A stretch of DNA of 64,000 nt from NCBI GenBank assembly GCA_965602015.1, contig OZ271918.1:2304001-2368000 (forward strand), in the 5' to 3' direction. The translations under genes and the position numbers were made by a program. Below the pieces are notes generated by a model. That model did no database searches. It saw nothing but the letters and a program-made list of their open reading frames with translations, and was not told the origin of the DNA. Shown here piece by piece: positions 56,315 through 64,000 of this stretch. The first letter of the stretch is position 1; every line of letters starts with the position of its first letter. Origin of the DNA: Salinispira sp. Its GTDB lineage: Bacteria > Spirochaetota > Spirochaetia > DSM-27196 > Salinispiraceae.

Positions 56315-57207
56315 GTTTTGCCGAACTGGAACAGCAGGTTCTCGGCGGAAGGAAGCTGACCATCGCCGTAGCCGGCCCCCGGGGAGCGGAAGTTTTCGAC
56401 GCCCTGGCTGCTGCCCACGAAAAACGTCTGGCGGACTTCATTCTCTGCGGCGATGAGGCCGCCATCCGCCTGGAAGCCGGGGAACTGGCCGATGCGAGAA
56501 TCATTTCAGCATCGGACGACGAGGCGGCTGCACTAGCCGCAGTCGAAGAAGTGCGCAGCGGGCGGGCGGACATGGTCATGAAGGGAAAAATCCCCACCGC
56601 AGTCCTGCTCAAGGCCATTCTTGCAGAGAAAACCGTATATAACCGTGGGCGGCTGCTATCCCACATCCTCATCCTCCAAAATCCCGAGGGAAAATTCCTC
56701 GGCGTCACCGACGGGGGCATGAATCTCTACCCCGACGTGGAGCAGAAGCAGGACATCATCCGCTCAGCCGTCGAATGTTTTCACTCGCTGGGAGTACCAA
56801 AACCGAAAGTCGCGGTTCTGGCGGCCATGGAAAAAGAAAACCCCAAAATCACCGAATCTATGGATGCCGCCGAACTGACCCGCCGATACAAGGCGGGTGA
56901 ATTCCCGGACTGCATCGTCGAGGGTCCCATTGCCCTCGACCTGGCGGTGAGCAAAAAAGCATGCGAGCTTAAGGAATGGAAGGGCGAAATTCGCGGCGAC
57001 AGCGACATCCTCCTGGTCCACGATATTTCCAGCGGCAATTATCTCGGCAAATCGCTTATTTACCTGGCGGGATACAGCGGCGGCGGCCTGGTGCTCGGCG
57101 GCGGACGACCGATTATCCTGCTTTCCAGAAGCGACAGCGCGACGGAAAAATACCAGTCCATTCTGCTGGCCCTGGCGCTGGAGCGGCATCGTCAACAGCT
57201 CTTGTAA
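56311..57207 (+). CDS. ptb: Phosphate butyryl/acyltransferase
   Basis: ADMVMKG, LLSH, TDGGMN, PKVAVLAAME, EGPIALDLA, LSRSDS. Confidence 0.9.
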   Translation: MSFAELEQQVLGGRKLTIAVAGPRGAEVFDALAAAHEKRLADFILCGDEAAIRLEAGELADARIISASDDEAAALAAVEEVRSGRADMVMKGKIPTAVLLKAILAEKTVYNRGRLLSHILILQNPEGKFLGVTDGGMNLYPDVEQKQDIIRSAVECFHSLGVPKPKVAVLAAMEKENPKITESMDAAELTRRYKAGEFPDCIVEGPIALDLAVSKKACELKEWKGEIRGDSDILLVHDISSGNYLGKSLIYLAGYSGGGLVLGGGRPIILLSRSDSATEKYQSILLALALERHRQQLL

Positions 57208-57213
57208 ATGCCG

Positions 57214-57273
57214 CAGGTTCCCGGAATGATACCCGGATAGGTTTCCGGAGAGGTTTCTGAAGATCTCTCCGGA
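57214..57273. repeat. Degenerate 12-bp tandem repeat (5 units)
   Basis: CCGGA (once CTGAA) at 57221, 57233, 57245, 57257 and 57269. Confidence 0.7.
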
Positions 57274-57295
57274 CAGCAATAGAAGGAGTGGGCTA

Positions 57296-58408
57296 ATGAG
57301 CCGCAAGTACATGTTTTTGGTAATCAATCCCGGGTCAACCTCAACAAAAGTGGCCTTGTACCGAGGAAATGATCCCTGGAGCATCGAAGAGATAGAGAGC
57401 CGAAATCTTATTCACCCCGCCGAGGAGTTGCGAGATCTGAACGATGCAATCGATCAGCTCGAAATAAGAAGCCGGGCGGTGGAGGCCTTCCTCGAGGATT
57501 CCGGGAAGCCCGAGCTGGACGCCGTAGCCGGCCGGGGGGGACTGACTCACCCGGTTGAAGCCGGCAGCTATGCGATCAACGAGGCTTTAAAGGAAGACCT
57601 GAGAACTGCGCGATACGGCAACCACGCATCGAATCTCGGCGCCCTCATAGCCGACCGGATTGCGGCGCCCCGTAATATCCCCGCCCTCATCGCCGATCCG
57701 GTGGGGGTGGACCAGTTCGAGACCCCAGCCCGCTACTCCGGTTGGCCGGATCTGGAGAGGAAATGCCAACTTCACGCCTTAAACATGCGGGAAATGGCCA
57801 GGCGGGCTGCCAGAGATCTGTCTGCCGAGTCCCGGGGTAAACGATCCGAAGAGATATCCGAGTACCGGCTAATTATCGCCCACCTGGGCGGCGGAATTTC
57901 CATCGGCCCCATGGTGGGCGGCCGGATTATAGACGTGAACAACGCAATGGACGGAGGTCCGTTTTCTCCCCAGCGGGTCGGCTCGCTGCCCACCACCGGA
58001 CTGATAGACCTGTGCTTCAGCGGCGCGTACAAATCCTCATCTGAACTCAAGGCGGCGATGACCCGGCGGGGGGGACTGTTCGCCTATCTCGGCACCGATG
58101 ACGGGCGGGAGATTGCGAAGAGAATAGCCGATGGAGACAAAAAGGCCCGGGAGGTCCTGCATGCAATGGCCTATCAGATAGCAAAGGAAATCGGCGCCAT
58201 GGCCACGGTCCTGGAGGGTCGGGTAGACGCCATCATTCTCACCGGCGGCCTTCCCCGCCCCCCTCTTTCGGACTGGATTACCGAACGGGTGTCATGGATC
58301 GCCCCGGTAAAAGTATATCCCGGAGAAATGGAACTGCTGGCCCTCGCCCGGGCCGCGGCACGGCACATCTGTCAGGGCGAAGCGCTGCTTGACTACCCGG
58401 CGCAATAA
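57296..58408 (+). CDS. buk: Butyrate (branched-chain acid) kinase
   Basis: INPGSTSTKVA, GRGG, HASNLGA, HALN, AHLGGGISI, GPFSPQR, YPGEME. Confidence 0.95.
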   Translation: MSRKYMFLVINPGSTSTKVALYRGNDPWSIEEIESRNLIHPAEELRDLNDAIDQLEIRSRAVEAFLEDSGKPELDAVAGRGGLTHPVEAGSYAINEALKEDLRTARYGNHASNLGALIADRIAAPRNIPALIADPVGVDQFETPARYSGWPDLERKCQLHALNMREMARRAARDLSAESRGKRSEEISEYRLIIAHLGGGISIGPMVGGRIIDVNNAMDGGPFSPQRVGSLPTTGLIDLCFSGAYKSSSELKAAMTRRGGLFAYLGTDDGREIAKRIADGDKKAREVLHAMAYQIAKEIGAMATVLEGRVDAIILTGGLPRPPLSDWITERVSWIAPVKVYPGEMELLALARAAARHICQGEALLDYPAQ

Positions 58409-58433
58409 TGGCGCAATAAACAGGAGGGCACAC

Positions 58434-59618
58434 ATGGCATTGGCACGAAGACTTGATCCCATTCTCGCGGGGGGAACCCTCATCCGGAAGATGTTTAATC
58501 AGGGACAGGAGCTCATTGAAAAATTCGGAGCAGACAAGGTGTATGACCTGAGCATCGGAAACCCCGACCTCTCCCCTCCCCAGTCTTTTTACCGGGCGGC
58601 CGCCGATATTCTATCGGCAGACATTCCCCGCAAGCATGCCTATATGAACAACGCCGGGTATCCCGAAACCCGCCAGGTCATCGCCCACCGGGTGACCAGG
58701 GAACAGGAAACTGAAACTGACTGGAAAAACATCGTCATGACCGTCGGGGCCGGGGGAGCCCTCTCCCTGTGCTTTTTTGCCCTGGTGAATCCCGGAGACG
58801 AGGTACTGGTCAATGCTCCGGCATTCGTCGCCTACAATAATTACCTCTCGGTTCACGGCGGAGTCTTAAACGTGGTGCCCGGCCGGGAGGACTTTGATTT
58901 GAATCTCGAAGCCATGGAGGGCATGATCAGCGAGAACACAGCTGCAATAATCATTAATTCGCCGAACAATCCCAGCGGAGTGATTTACCCCGAATCGAGC
59001 CTGAAGGCCCTGGGTGAAATGCTCGAACGGGCATACCGCCGTCACGGCAGACGGATTTACCTGATCAGCGATGAACCGTACCGGGAGATCATTTACCGGG
59101 ATGAGGGCGTACCGCCGGTATTCCCCTCCTATCCCCACAGCATAATCTGCTACTCCTATTCGAAGGCGCTTTCGGTACCCGGCGAGCGCATCGGCTGGGC
59201 GGCGGTGCATCCGGAAGCGGAAGACTCGGCGCGGCTTATAGCCGGCATGACCGGCGGAACCCTTAACATGGGTTTCACCAACGCACCGGCGCTCATGCAG
59301 CGCATAATCGCGAAGATCGACGGCGAAGTAGTCGATGTGGAGCGCTACCGCCGAAGAAGGGACACCCTCACCGAAGGCCTCGCCCGGATAGGATATGATT
59401 TCACCGAACCGGAGGGGGCATTTTACCTGTTTCCCAAGGCGCCGGGGGGCGATGATACGGCATTCTGCGATGCCCTGGTGGAGGAACGGATCCTGGCGGT
59501 TCCCGGAGCCGGATTCGCAATGCCCGGATACTTCCGCATCTCCTACTGCGTCGATGAAGAAATTATCCGCCGCTCCATGCCGGGATTCGAACGGGTTTTC
59601 CAGCGAATGAACGAATAG
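58434..59618 (+). CDS. Class I/II PLP-dependent aminotransferase
   Basis: DLSIGNP, INSPNNPSG, ISDEPYRE, SYSKALSVPGERIG. Confidence 0.93.
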   Translation: MALARRLDPILAGGTLIRKMFNQGQELIEKFGADKVYDLSIGNPDLSPPQSFYRAAADILSADIPRKHAYMNNAGYPETRQVIAHRVTREQETETDWKNIVMTVGAGGALSLCFFALVNPGDEVLVNAPAFVAYNNYLSVHGGVLNVVPGREDFDLNLEAMEGMISENTAAIIINSPNNPSGVIYPESSLKALGEMLERAYRRHGRRIYLISDEPYREIIYRDEGVPPVFPSYPHSIICYSYSKALSVPGERIGWAAVHPEAEDSARLIAGMTGGTLNMGFTNAPALMQRIIAKIDGEVVDVERYRRRRDTLTEGLARIGYDFTEPEGAFYLFPKAPGGDDTAFCDALVEERILAVPGAGFAMPGYFRISYCVDEEIIRRSMPGFERVFQRMNE

Positions 59619-59641
59619 CTTAACCGGTACATCATATTCTG

Positions 59642-59689
59642 ATGAACAGGCGCATGAACCGGTGCAAAAACCGGCTCATAAACCGGCAG
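59642..59689. repeat. Degenerate 12-bp tandem repeat (4 units) upstream of putA
   Basis: atgaacaggcgc atgaaccggtgc aaaaaccggctc ataaaccggcag. Confidence 0.7.
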
Positions 59690-59738
59690 TGTAATTTACA
59701 GATGAATCTGGGGAAGCAGTAAATCACAGGGAGGCTCG

Positions 59739-62507
59739 ATGATAGACAGGGAATTTGCCCGGGAACTACACCACAGGATGTCCGAGCTGGGAGAACCGCT
59801 TTTCTCCCACGATCAATGGGCCTCCCGGATTTTAGCCTTCGCAGCAGGGCAGCGGGACTTTATGAATGCCCTGCTGCAGTTCGTCGATGTGTTTCCAGTG
59901 CTTCACAGCGATGATTCCCTGAGGGACCACATAGAGAGCTACTTCGCCGCCGTCACCTGTCCCGACGGCTTTTTTACCGGAGATGAGAAGGCGTTCAGAA
60001 ACAACATTCAGAGCCTGTTTTTACTGTTTGTCGTCGGACGGGACCTGGATGAGCTGATACGGGGAATACGGGCCCTGGCGTCCGACGGTTTTGCCTATAC
60101 CCTGGACATGCTCGGCGAAGCCTGCCTGAGCGAGGCTGAGGCCCAGGACTATGTCAGCGGCCAAAAGCAGGCAATTACCCGCATCCATAATGCGGGGCTG
60201 CCGGTTCATATCACCCTCAAGCCCACCAGTCTCTACAGCCAGACCGGGCCCTTGAATTTCAGCCGCAGTGTGTTGATGTTGGCGGACCGGATGAGCGAGA
60301 TTGTCGAACAGGCTCTGAAGGTCGACGGTTTTGTCCACATCGATATGGAACAGCGCCAGTTTAAGAATGTCACCATCGAAGCGTTTAAGGAACTGATTCG
60401 CCGCTATCCACAAAACGCAAATTTGGGCATCGCGGTTCAAAGTTATTTGAAGGAGAGCGAGTCGGATATTCTCTCTCTCATTGATTTTGCCCGCCGGCGG
60501 GATTACCGATTTACCGTTCGTCTGGTGAAGGGGGCATATTACGACTGGGAAACCCTCTTTGCGGAGCAGAACAACTGGCCGAATCCCCTGTGGGAAGAAA
60601 AATGGCAAACCGACATTGCCTATGAAACAAACCTCGCTCACCTGCTTTCCAATTCCGATAGAATCTTCACGGCAGCCGCCACCCACAACCTACGTAGCAC
60701 GGCGGTAGTCAAAAAGCTCGCTGATGAACACGGGGTCGATCAGTCGGGCTACGAGTACCAGATGCTCTACGGTATGGGCTCATCGATGGCGGCGGCCTTG
60801 AGAGACATGGGTCAGACCGTCCGGCTCTACGCTCCATTCGGACCCCCGGTTCCCGGCATGGCATATCTGGTTCGCCGCCTGGTTGAGAACACCGCCCTTA
60901 ACGGCGCGGTGAGAACCCAATTTCTGCAGAGACGGCATCTGGCGGAACTGTTGGCAGATCCCAGAAGCAACGCCGCGGGGCCGAATCCGGCAACCAGAGC
61001 TTTTGCCGGTTCCGGCAACCCATCGCTTACGGAGCCGTCAGACCGAAGACACGCGTTCGCAAACCATCCCCCCGCAGATTTTTCCTCCGCAGAAGTTCGC
61101 GCCCATTTCGCAGATGCCCTGGAGAACTGCGAATCGATGCTGGTCGCCGCGGCGGGCATTCCGGACGTCCGCGCGTCTGATGTCGATCCGGCGGTTCAAC
61201 GCGCGGCTTCTGCCCAAAAAGCATGGGGAGATAAAACAGCGGTGGAGCGCGGGAATATCCTTCGCCGGGCCGCTGAAATTATGTCGGCCCGGATCTACCA
61301 GCTCGCTGCGGTCCAGGTCAGGGAGGTCGGCAAACAGTGGGACCAGGCGTACAACGATGTATGCGAGGCCATCGATTTTCTCAAGTTTTATGCCGGGGAG
61401 GCCGAGGTCCTCTTTGATCGACGGCGGTTAAGTCCCATACCCGCGGAGCGCAATGTCCAGACATGGCGGCCGCGGGGGGTGTACGGGGTCATTGCGCCCT
61501 GGAATTTTCCCTTGGCTATCAGCTGCGGCATGGTGAGCGCCGCCCTGGCCTGCGGCAATTCCGTACTCTACAAACCCGCCGAAGAAAGCCGGATAACCGG
61601 CGCCTTGCTCCACGAAATACTCACCGAAGCGGGACTGCCCGACGGGGTGCTTCACTTTCTTCCAGGCCCGGGTGAAAGCGTGGGCGCAGCATTGGCGTCC
61701 CATCCGGGCATTCGGGGAATTGCCTTCACAGGATCCCGGGAAGTTGGGGTAAAAATCCTCGAAGCCCGGTCTAAGCCTTCGGCGGGCAGCCGGCACATCG
61801 CCGCAGTAATCGCCGAAATGGGCGGAAAGAATGCCATCATCGTCGATGCCGATGCGGACATCGACACCGCCGTCCAGTCAGCAATCGACTCGGCCTTTGG
61901 TTTCCAGGGCCAGAAATGCTCGGCTGCCAGCAGGATTATTATCCATCGGGAGGTATATGCTGAGTTTTCCCGCAGGGTAGTCGAGGCAGCCCAATCTCTC
62001 ATTATCGGCGAAGCTCTGGATTCGGGAAGCAGAGTGGGTCCCCTGGTGAGCTCCGAGGCAGACAAAAAACTCCGTCATTACCTGGAAATTGCCAGAGCGG
62101 AGGGACGGGAACTGCTGTACCGCCACCCCCTTGCTATTTTTGAAGTGCCGGACATGGACCGGCGAATCTGCCGGGAGGAAGTATTCGGACCGCTCCTTGT
62201 CCTGATTCCTGCCGAATCCCTGGAGCAGGCCATTTCCATGGCCAACGATGTGGATTACGGCTTAACCGCGGGGATCATCAGCAGAAACCCGATTCACATC
62301 GATCTGGCCTGCAGACGTCTTGAGGCGGGGAACATTTACGTCAACCGAGGCATAACCGGAGCATTGGTCGGCAGGCAGCCCTTCGGCGGCCACAAGCTTT
62401 CCGGAGTCGGAGCCAAGGCGGGGGGCGAGGATTACCTGAAGCAGTTCGTCAACCCGGTTACCATCAGCGAGAATCTGGTGCGGCGGGGTTTTTCTCCTGA
62501 GCTGTAA
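59739..62507 (+). CDS. putA: Bifunctional proline dehydrogenase / P5C dehydrogenase
   Basis: DMLGE, IDME, RLVKGAY, ATHN, YLVRRLVEN; IAPWNFP, FTGS, EMGGKN, GQKCSA, EEVFGP, QPFGG. Confidence 0.93.
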   Translation: MIDREFARELHHRMSELGEPLFSHDQWASRILAFAAGQRDFMNALLQFVDVFPVLHSDDSLRDHIESYFAAVTCPDGFFTGDEKAFRNNIQSLFLLFVVGRDLDELIRGIRALASDGFAYTLDMLGEACLSEAEAQDYVSGQKQAITRIHNAGLPVHITLKPTSLYSQTGPLNFSRSVLMLADRMSEIVEQALKVDGFVHIDMEQRQFKNVTIEAFKELIRRYPQNANLGIAVQSYLKESESDILSLIDFARRRDYRFTVRLVKGAYYDWETLFAEQNNWPNPLWEEKWQTDIAYETNLAHLLSNSDRIFTAAATHNLRSTAVVKKLADEHGVDQSGYEYQMLYGMGSSMAAALRDMGQTVRLYAPFGPPVPGMAYLVRRLVENTALNGAVRTQFLQRRHLAELLADPRSNAAGPNPATRAFAGSGNPSLTEPSDRRHAFANHPPADFSSAEVRAHFADALENCESMLVAAAGIPDVRASDVDPAVQRAASAQKAWGDKTAVERGNILRRAAEIMSARIYQLAAVQVREVGKQWDQAYNDVCEAIDFLKFYAGEAEVLFDRRRLSPIPAERNVQTWRPRGVYGVIAPWNFPLAISCGMVSAALACGNSVLYKPAEESRITGALLHEILTEAGLPDGVLHFLPGPGESVGAALASHPGIRGIAFTGSREVGVKILEARSKPSAGSRHIAAVIAEMGGKNAIIVDADADIDTAVQSAIDSAFGFQGQKCSAASRIIIHREVYAEFSRRVVEAAQSLIIGEALDSGSRVGPLVSSEADKKLRHYLEIARAEGRELLYRHPLAIFEVPDMDRRICREEVFGPLLVLIPAESLEQAISMANDVDYGLTAGIISRNPIHIDLACRRLEAGNIYVNRGITGALVGRQPFGGHKLSGVGAKAGGEDYLKQFVNPVTISENLVRRGFSPEL

Positions 62508-62521
62508 TTGTTCATTGCGGT

Positions 62522-62551
62522 AAAAAAACGGCGGAGCATTCGCCCCGCCGT
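62522..62551 (-). terminator. Intrinsic terminator of ppdK
   Basis: Minus strand reads ACGGCGGGGC-GAAT-GCTCCGCCGT followed by a T tract, between convergent putA and ppdK. Confidence 0.75.
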
Positions 62552-62571
62552 CATGCTGCTAACGCATTCCC

Positions 62572-64000
62572 TTATTTTGAATTGCTCAGTACCGATTGTG
62601 CCGCCGCCAGACGGGCGACGGGAACCCGGAAGGGTGAGCAACTGACGTAGTTCATCCCCGCCCGGTAACAGAAATCGATGGAGCTGGGCTCGCCGCCGTG
62701 CTCGCCGCAAATGCCGATTTTGATGTACTTGTTGGTCGAGCGCCCCTTGCTGATTCCCAATTCAACCAGCTGACCGATGCCCTCCTGATCGAGCTTGGCA
62801 AAGGGATCATCCTCGAGAATGCCCTCCTGGATGTACTGAGGTACGAAGGATCCCACGTCGTCCCGGCTGAACCCATAGGTCATCTGGGTGAGGTCGTTGG
62901 TTCCGAAACTGAAGAAATCCGCGTGTTTGGCCAGTTCGTCGGCAACGAGGGTGGCCCGGGGTACCTCGATCATGGTGCCGACCTTATAGTCGATCTTCGC
63001 CTTCGTTTCGTGAAGTACCATCTTCGCCACTTCCTCTACGTGCTCACGCATGATCTCAAGCTCGCGAATATGCCCTACGAGGGGGATCATGATTTCAGGA
63101 TAGACCTGTACCCCTTTCAGGGCTGCCTCGCATGCGGCCCTCATAATGGCTTCGGCCTGCATACGGTAGATTTCCGGGAAGGTGATTCCAAGACGGACGC
63201 CCCGATGACCCAGCATGGGGTTTTCTTCATGGAGGCTGCGGATTTTGTTTTTCAAGGCCTGGGCCGATATGCCGGCGATCTTGGCAAGCTCGCTGATCTG
63301 GGCCTCTTCCTTGGGAACAAACTCGTGGAGCGGCGGATCCAGCAGTCGGATGGTAACGGGAAAACCGTTCATCGCCTCGAAAATGCCCACGAAATCCTTC
63401 TGCTGCAGTGGCAGCAATTTGTCCAGGGCCTTCTGGCGGGCTTCCTTGTCCGTGGCTACAATCATTTCGCGGAAAATACGGATTTTATCTTCTTCAAAAA
63501 ACATGTGCTCGGTTCGGCACAGTCCGATGCCTTCGGCGCCGAAATCACGGGCCCGCTTTGCGTCCACAGGGGTATCCGCATTGGTTCGGATGCCAAAACC
63601 CTTCATGCCCTTCGCCGCCCGGAAACTGTTCATTCGAATTTCATCGGACCAGCTGAGGAAGGTGGTCAGTTCTCCTTTGACCTCCGGCTCCTGAAGTTCA
63701 AGCTGTCCCTCGAACACCTCGCCGGTGGCGCCGTCCAGGGTGATGTAGTCCCCTTCTTTATATTCCTTGCCGGCAATCACCATTTTTTTCCCGACGATTT
63801 GGGCGTCCTTACATCCGGCAATACAGGGTGTTCCCATACCCCGGGCAACAACCGCGGCGTGGCTGGTCATGCCGCCGGTGCTGGTGAGAATACCTTCGGC
63901 TACGTTCATTCCTCCGATGTCCTCGGGGCTTGTTTCAGGGCGGACCAGCAAGACTTTTTTGCCCTTGGCATGCCATTCTTCAGCCTCATCCGCCGAGAAC
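62572..64000 (-). CDS. ppdK: Pyruvate phosphate dikinase, C-terminal part (start lies beyond the window)
   Basis: GGMTSHAAVVAR, GIGLCRTEHMF, RLLDPPLHEF, SFGTNDLTQ, GICGEHGG. Confidence 0.97.
   Translation of the reverse strand, partial: FSADEAEEWHAKGKKVLLVRPETSPEDIGGMNVAEGILTSTGGMTSHAAVVARGMGTPCIAGCKDAQIVGKKMVIAGKEYKEGDYITLDGATGEVFEGQLELQEPEVKGELTTFLSWSDEIRMNSFRAAKGMKGFGIRTNADTPVDAKRARDFGAEGIGLCRTEHMFFEEDKIRIFREMIVATDKEARQKALDKLLPLQQKDFVGIFEAMNGFPVTIRLLDPPLHEFVPKEEAQISELAKIAGISAQALKNKIRSLHEENPMLGHRGVRLGITFPEIYRMQAEAIMRAACEAALKGVQVYPEIMIPLVGHIRELEIMREHVEEVAKMVLHETKAKIDYKVGTMIEVPRATLVADELAKHADFFSFGTNDLTQMTYGFSRDDVGSFVPQYIQEGILEDDPFAKLDQEGIGQLVELGISKGRSTNKYIKIGICGEHGGEPSSIDFCYRAGMNYVSCSPFRVPVARLAAAQSVLSNSK

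Overview
Chromosomal window with dense coding and no phage, integrase, transposase, CRISPR or rRNA. It most likely comes from a free-living, salt-adapted spirochaete (inference from CheX, acidic lipoproteins, a 7TM-DISM chemoreceptor, PpdK and an osmolyte pathway). The most striking feature is missing from the ORF track because it runs off the left edge: a minus-strand gene (2210 to <1) fusing an ammonium transporter (Amt) to a HAMP-like linker, a PAS-like domain and a CheA-P1-like Hpt domain, directly downstream of cheY-like and cheX genes. This looks like an ammonium-sensing phosphorelay. Other contents: MhqR-like MarR with wrbA; a 507-aa protein with a split HPr domain; mannosylfructose synthesis genes (mfpsA/mfppA-like); malic enzyme; an OhrR-like operon with a 17-bp inverted-repeat operator; three lipoproteins (one a permuted NlpC/P60-like enzyme); MATE; iaaA; a CheB-CheR-PAS-kinase fusion coupled to a DUF4129-MoxR-DUF58 cluster; NodIJ-like ABC exporter; MBOAT/DHHW acetylation pair; phnDCE with a candidate Pho box; MCP; uracil permease; tRNA-Thr(CGT); GGDEF-EAL; surE; an Lrp-linked iorAB-ptb-buk-aminotransferase cluster; putA; and partial ppdK. 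Several intergenic short-period repeats and one dispersed 23-bp repeat are present. All calls come from motif recognition by eye; no searches were run.
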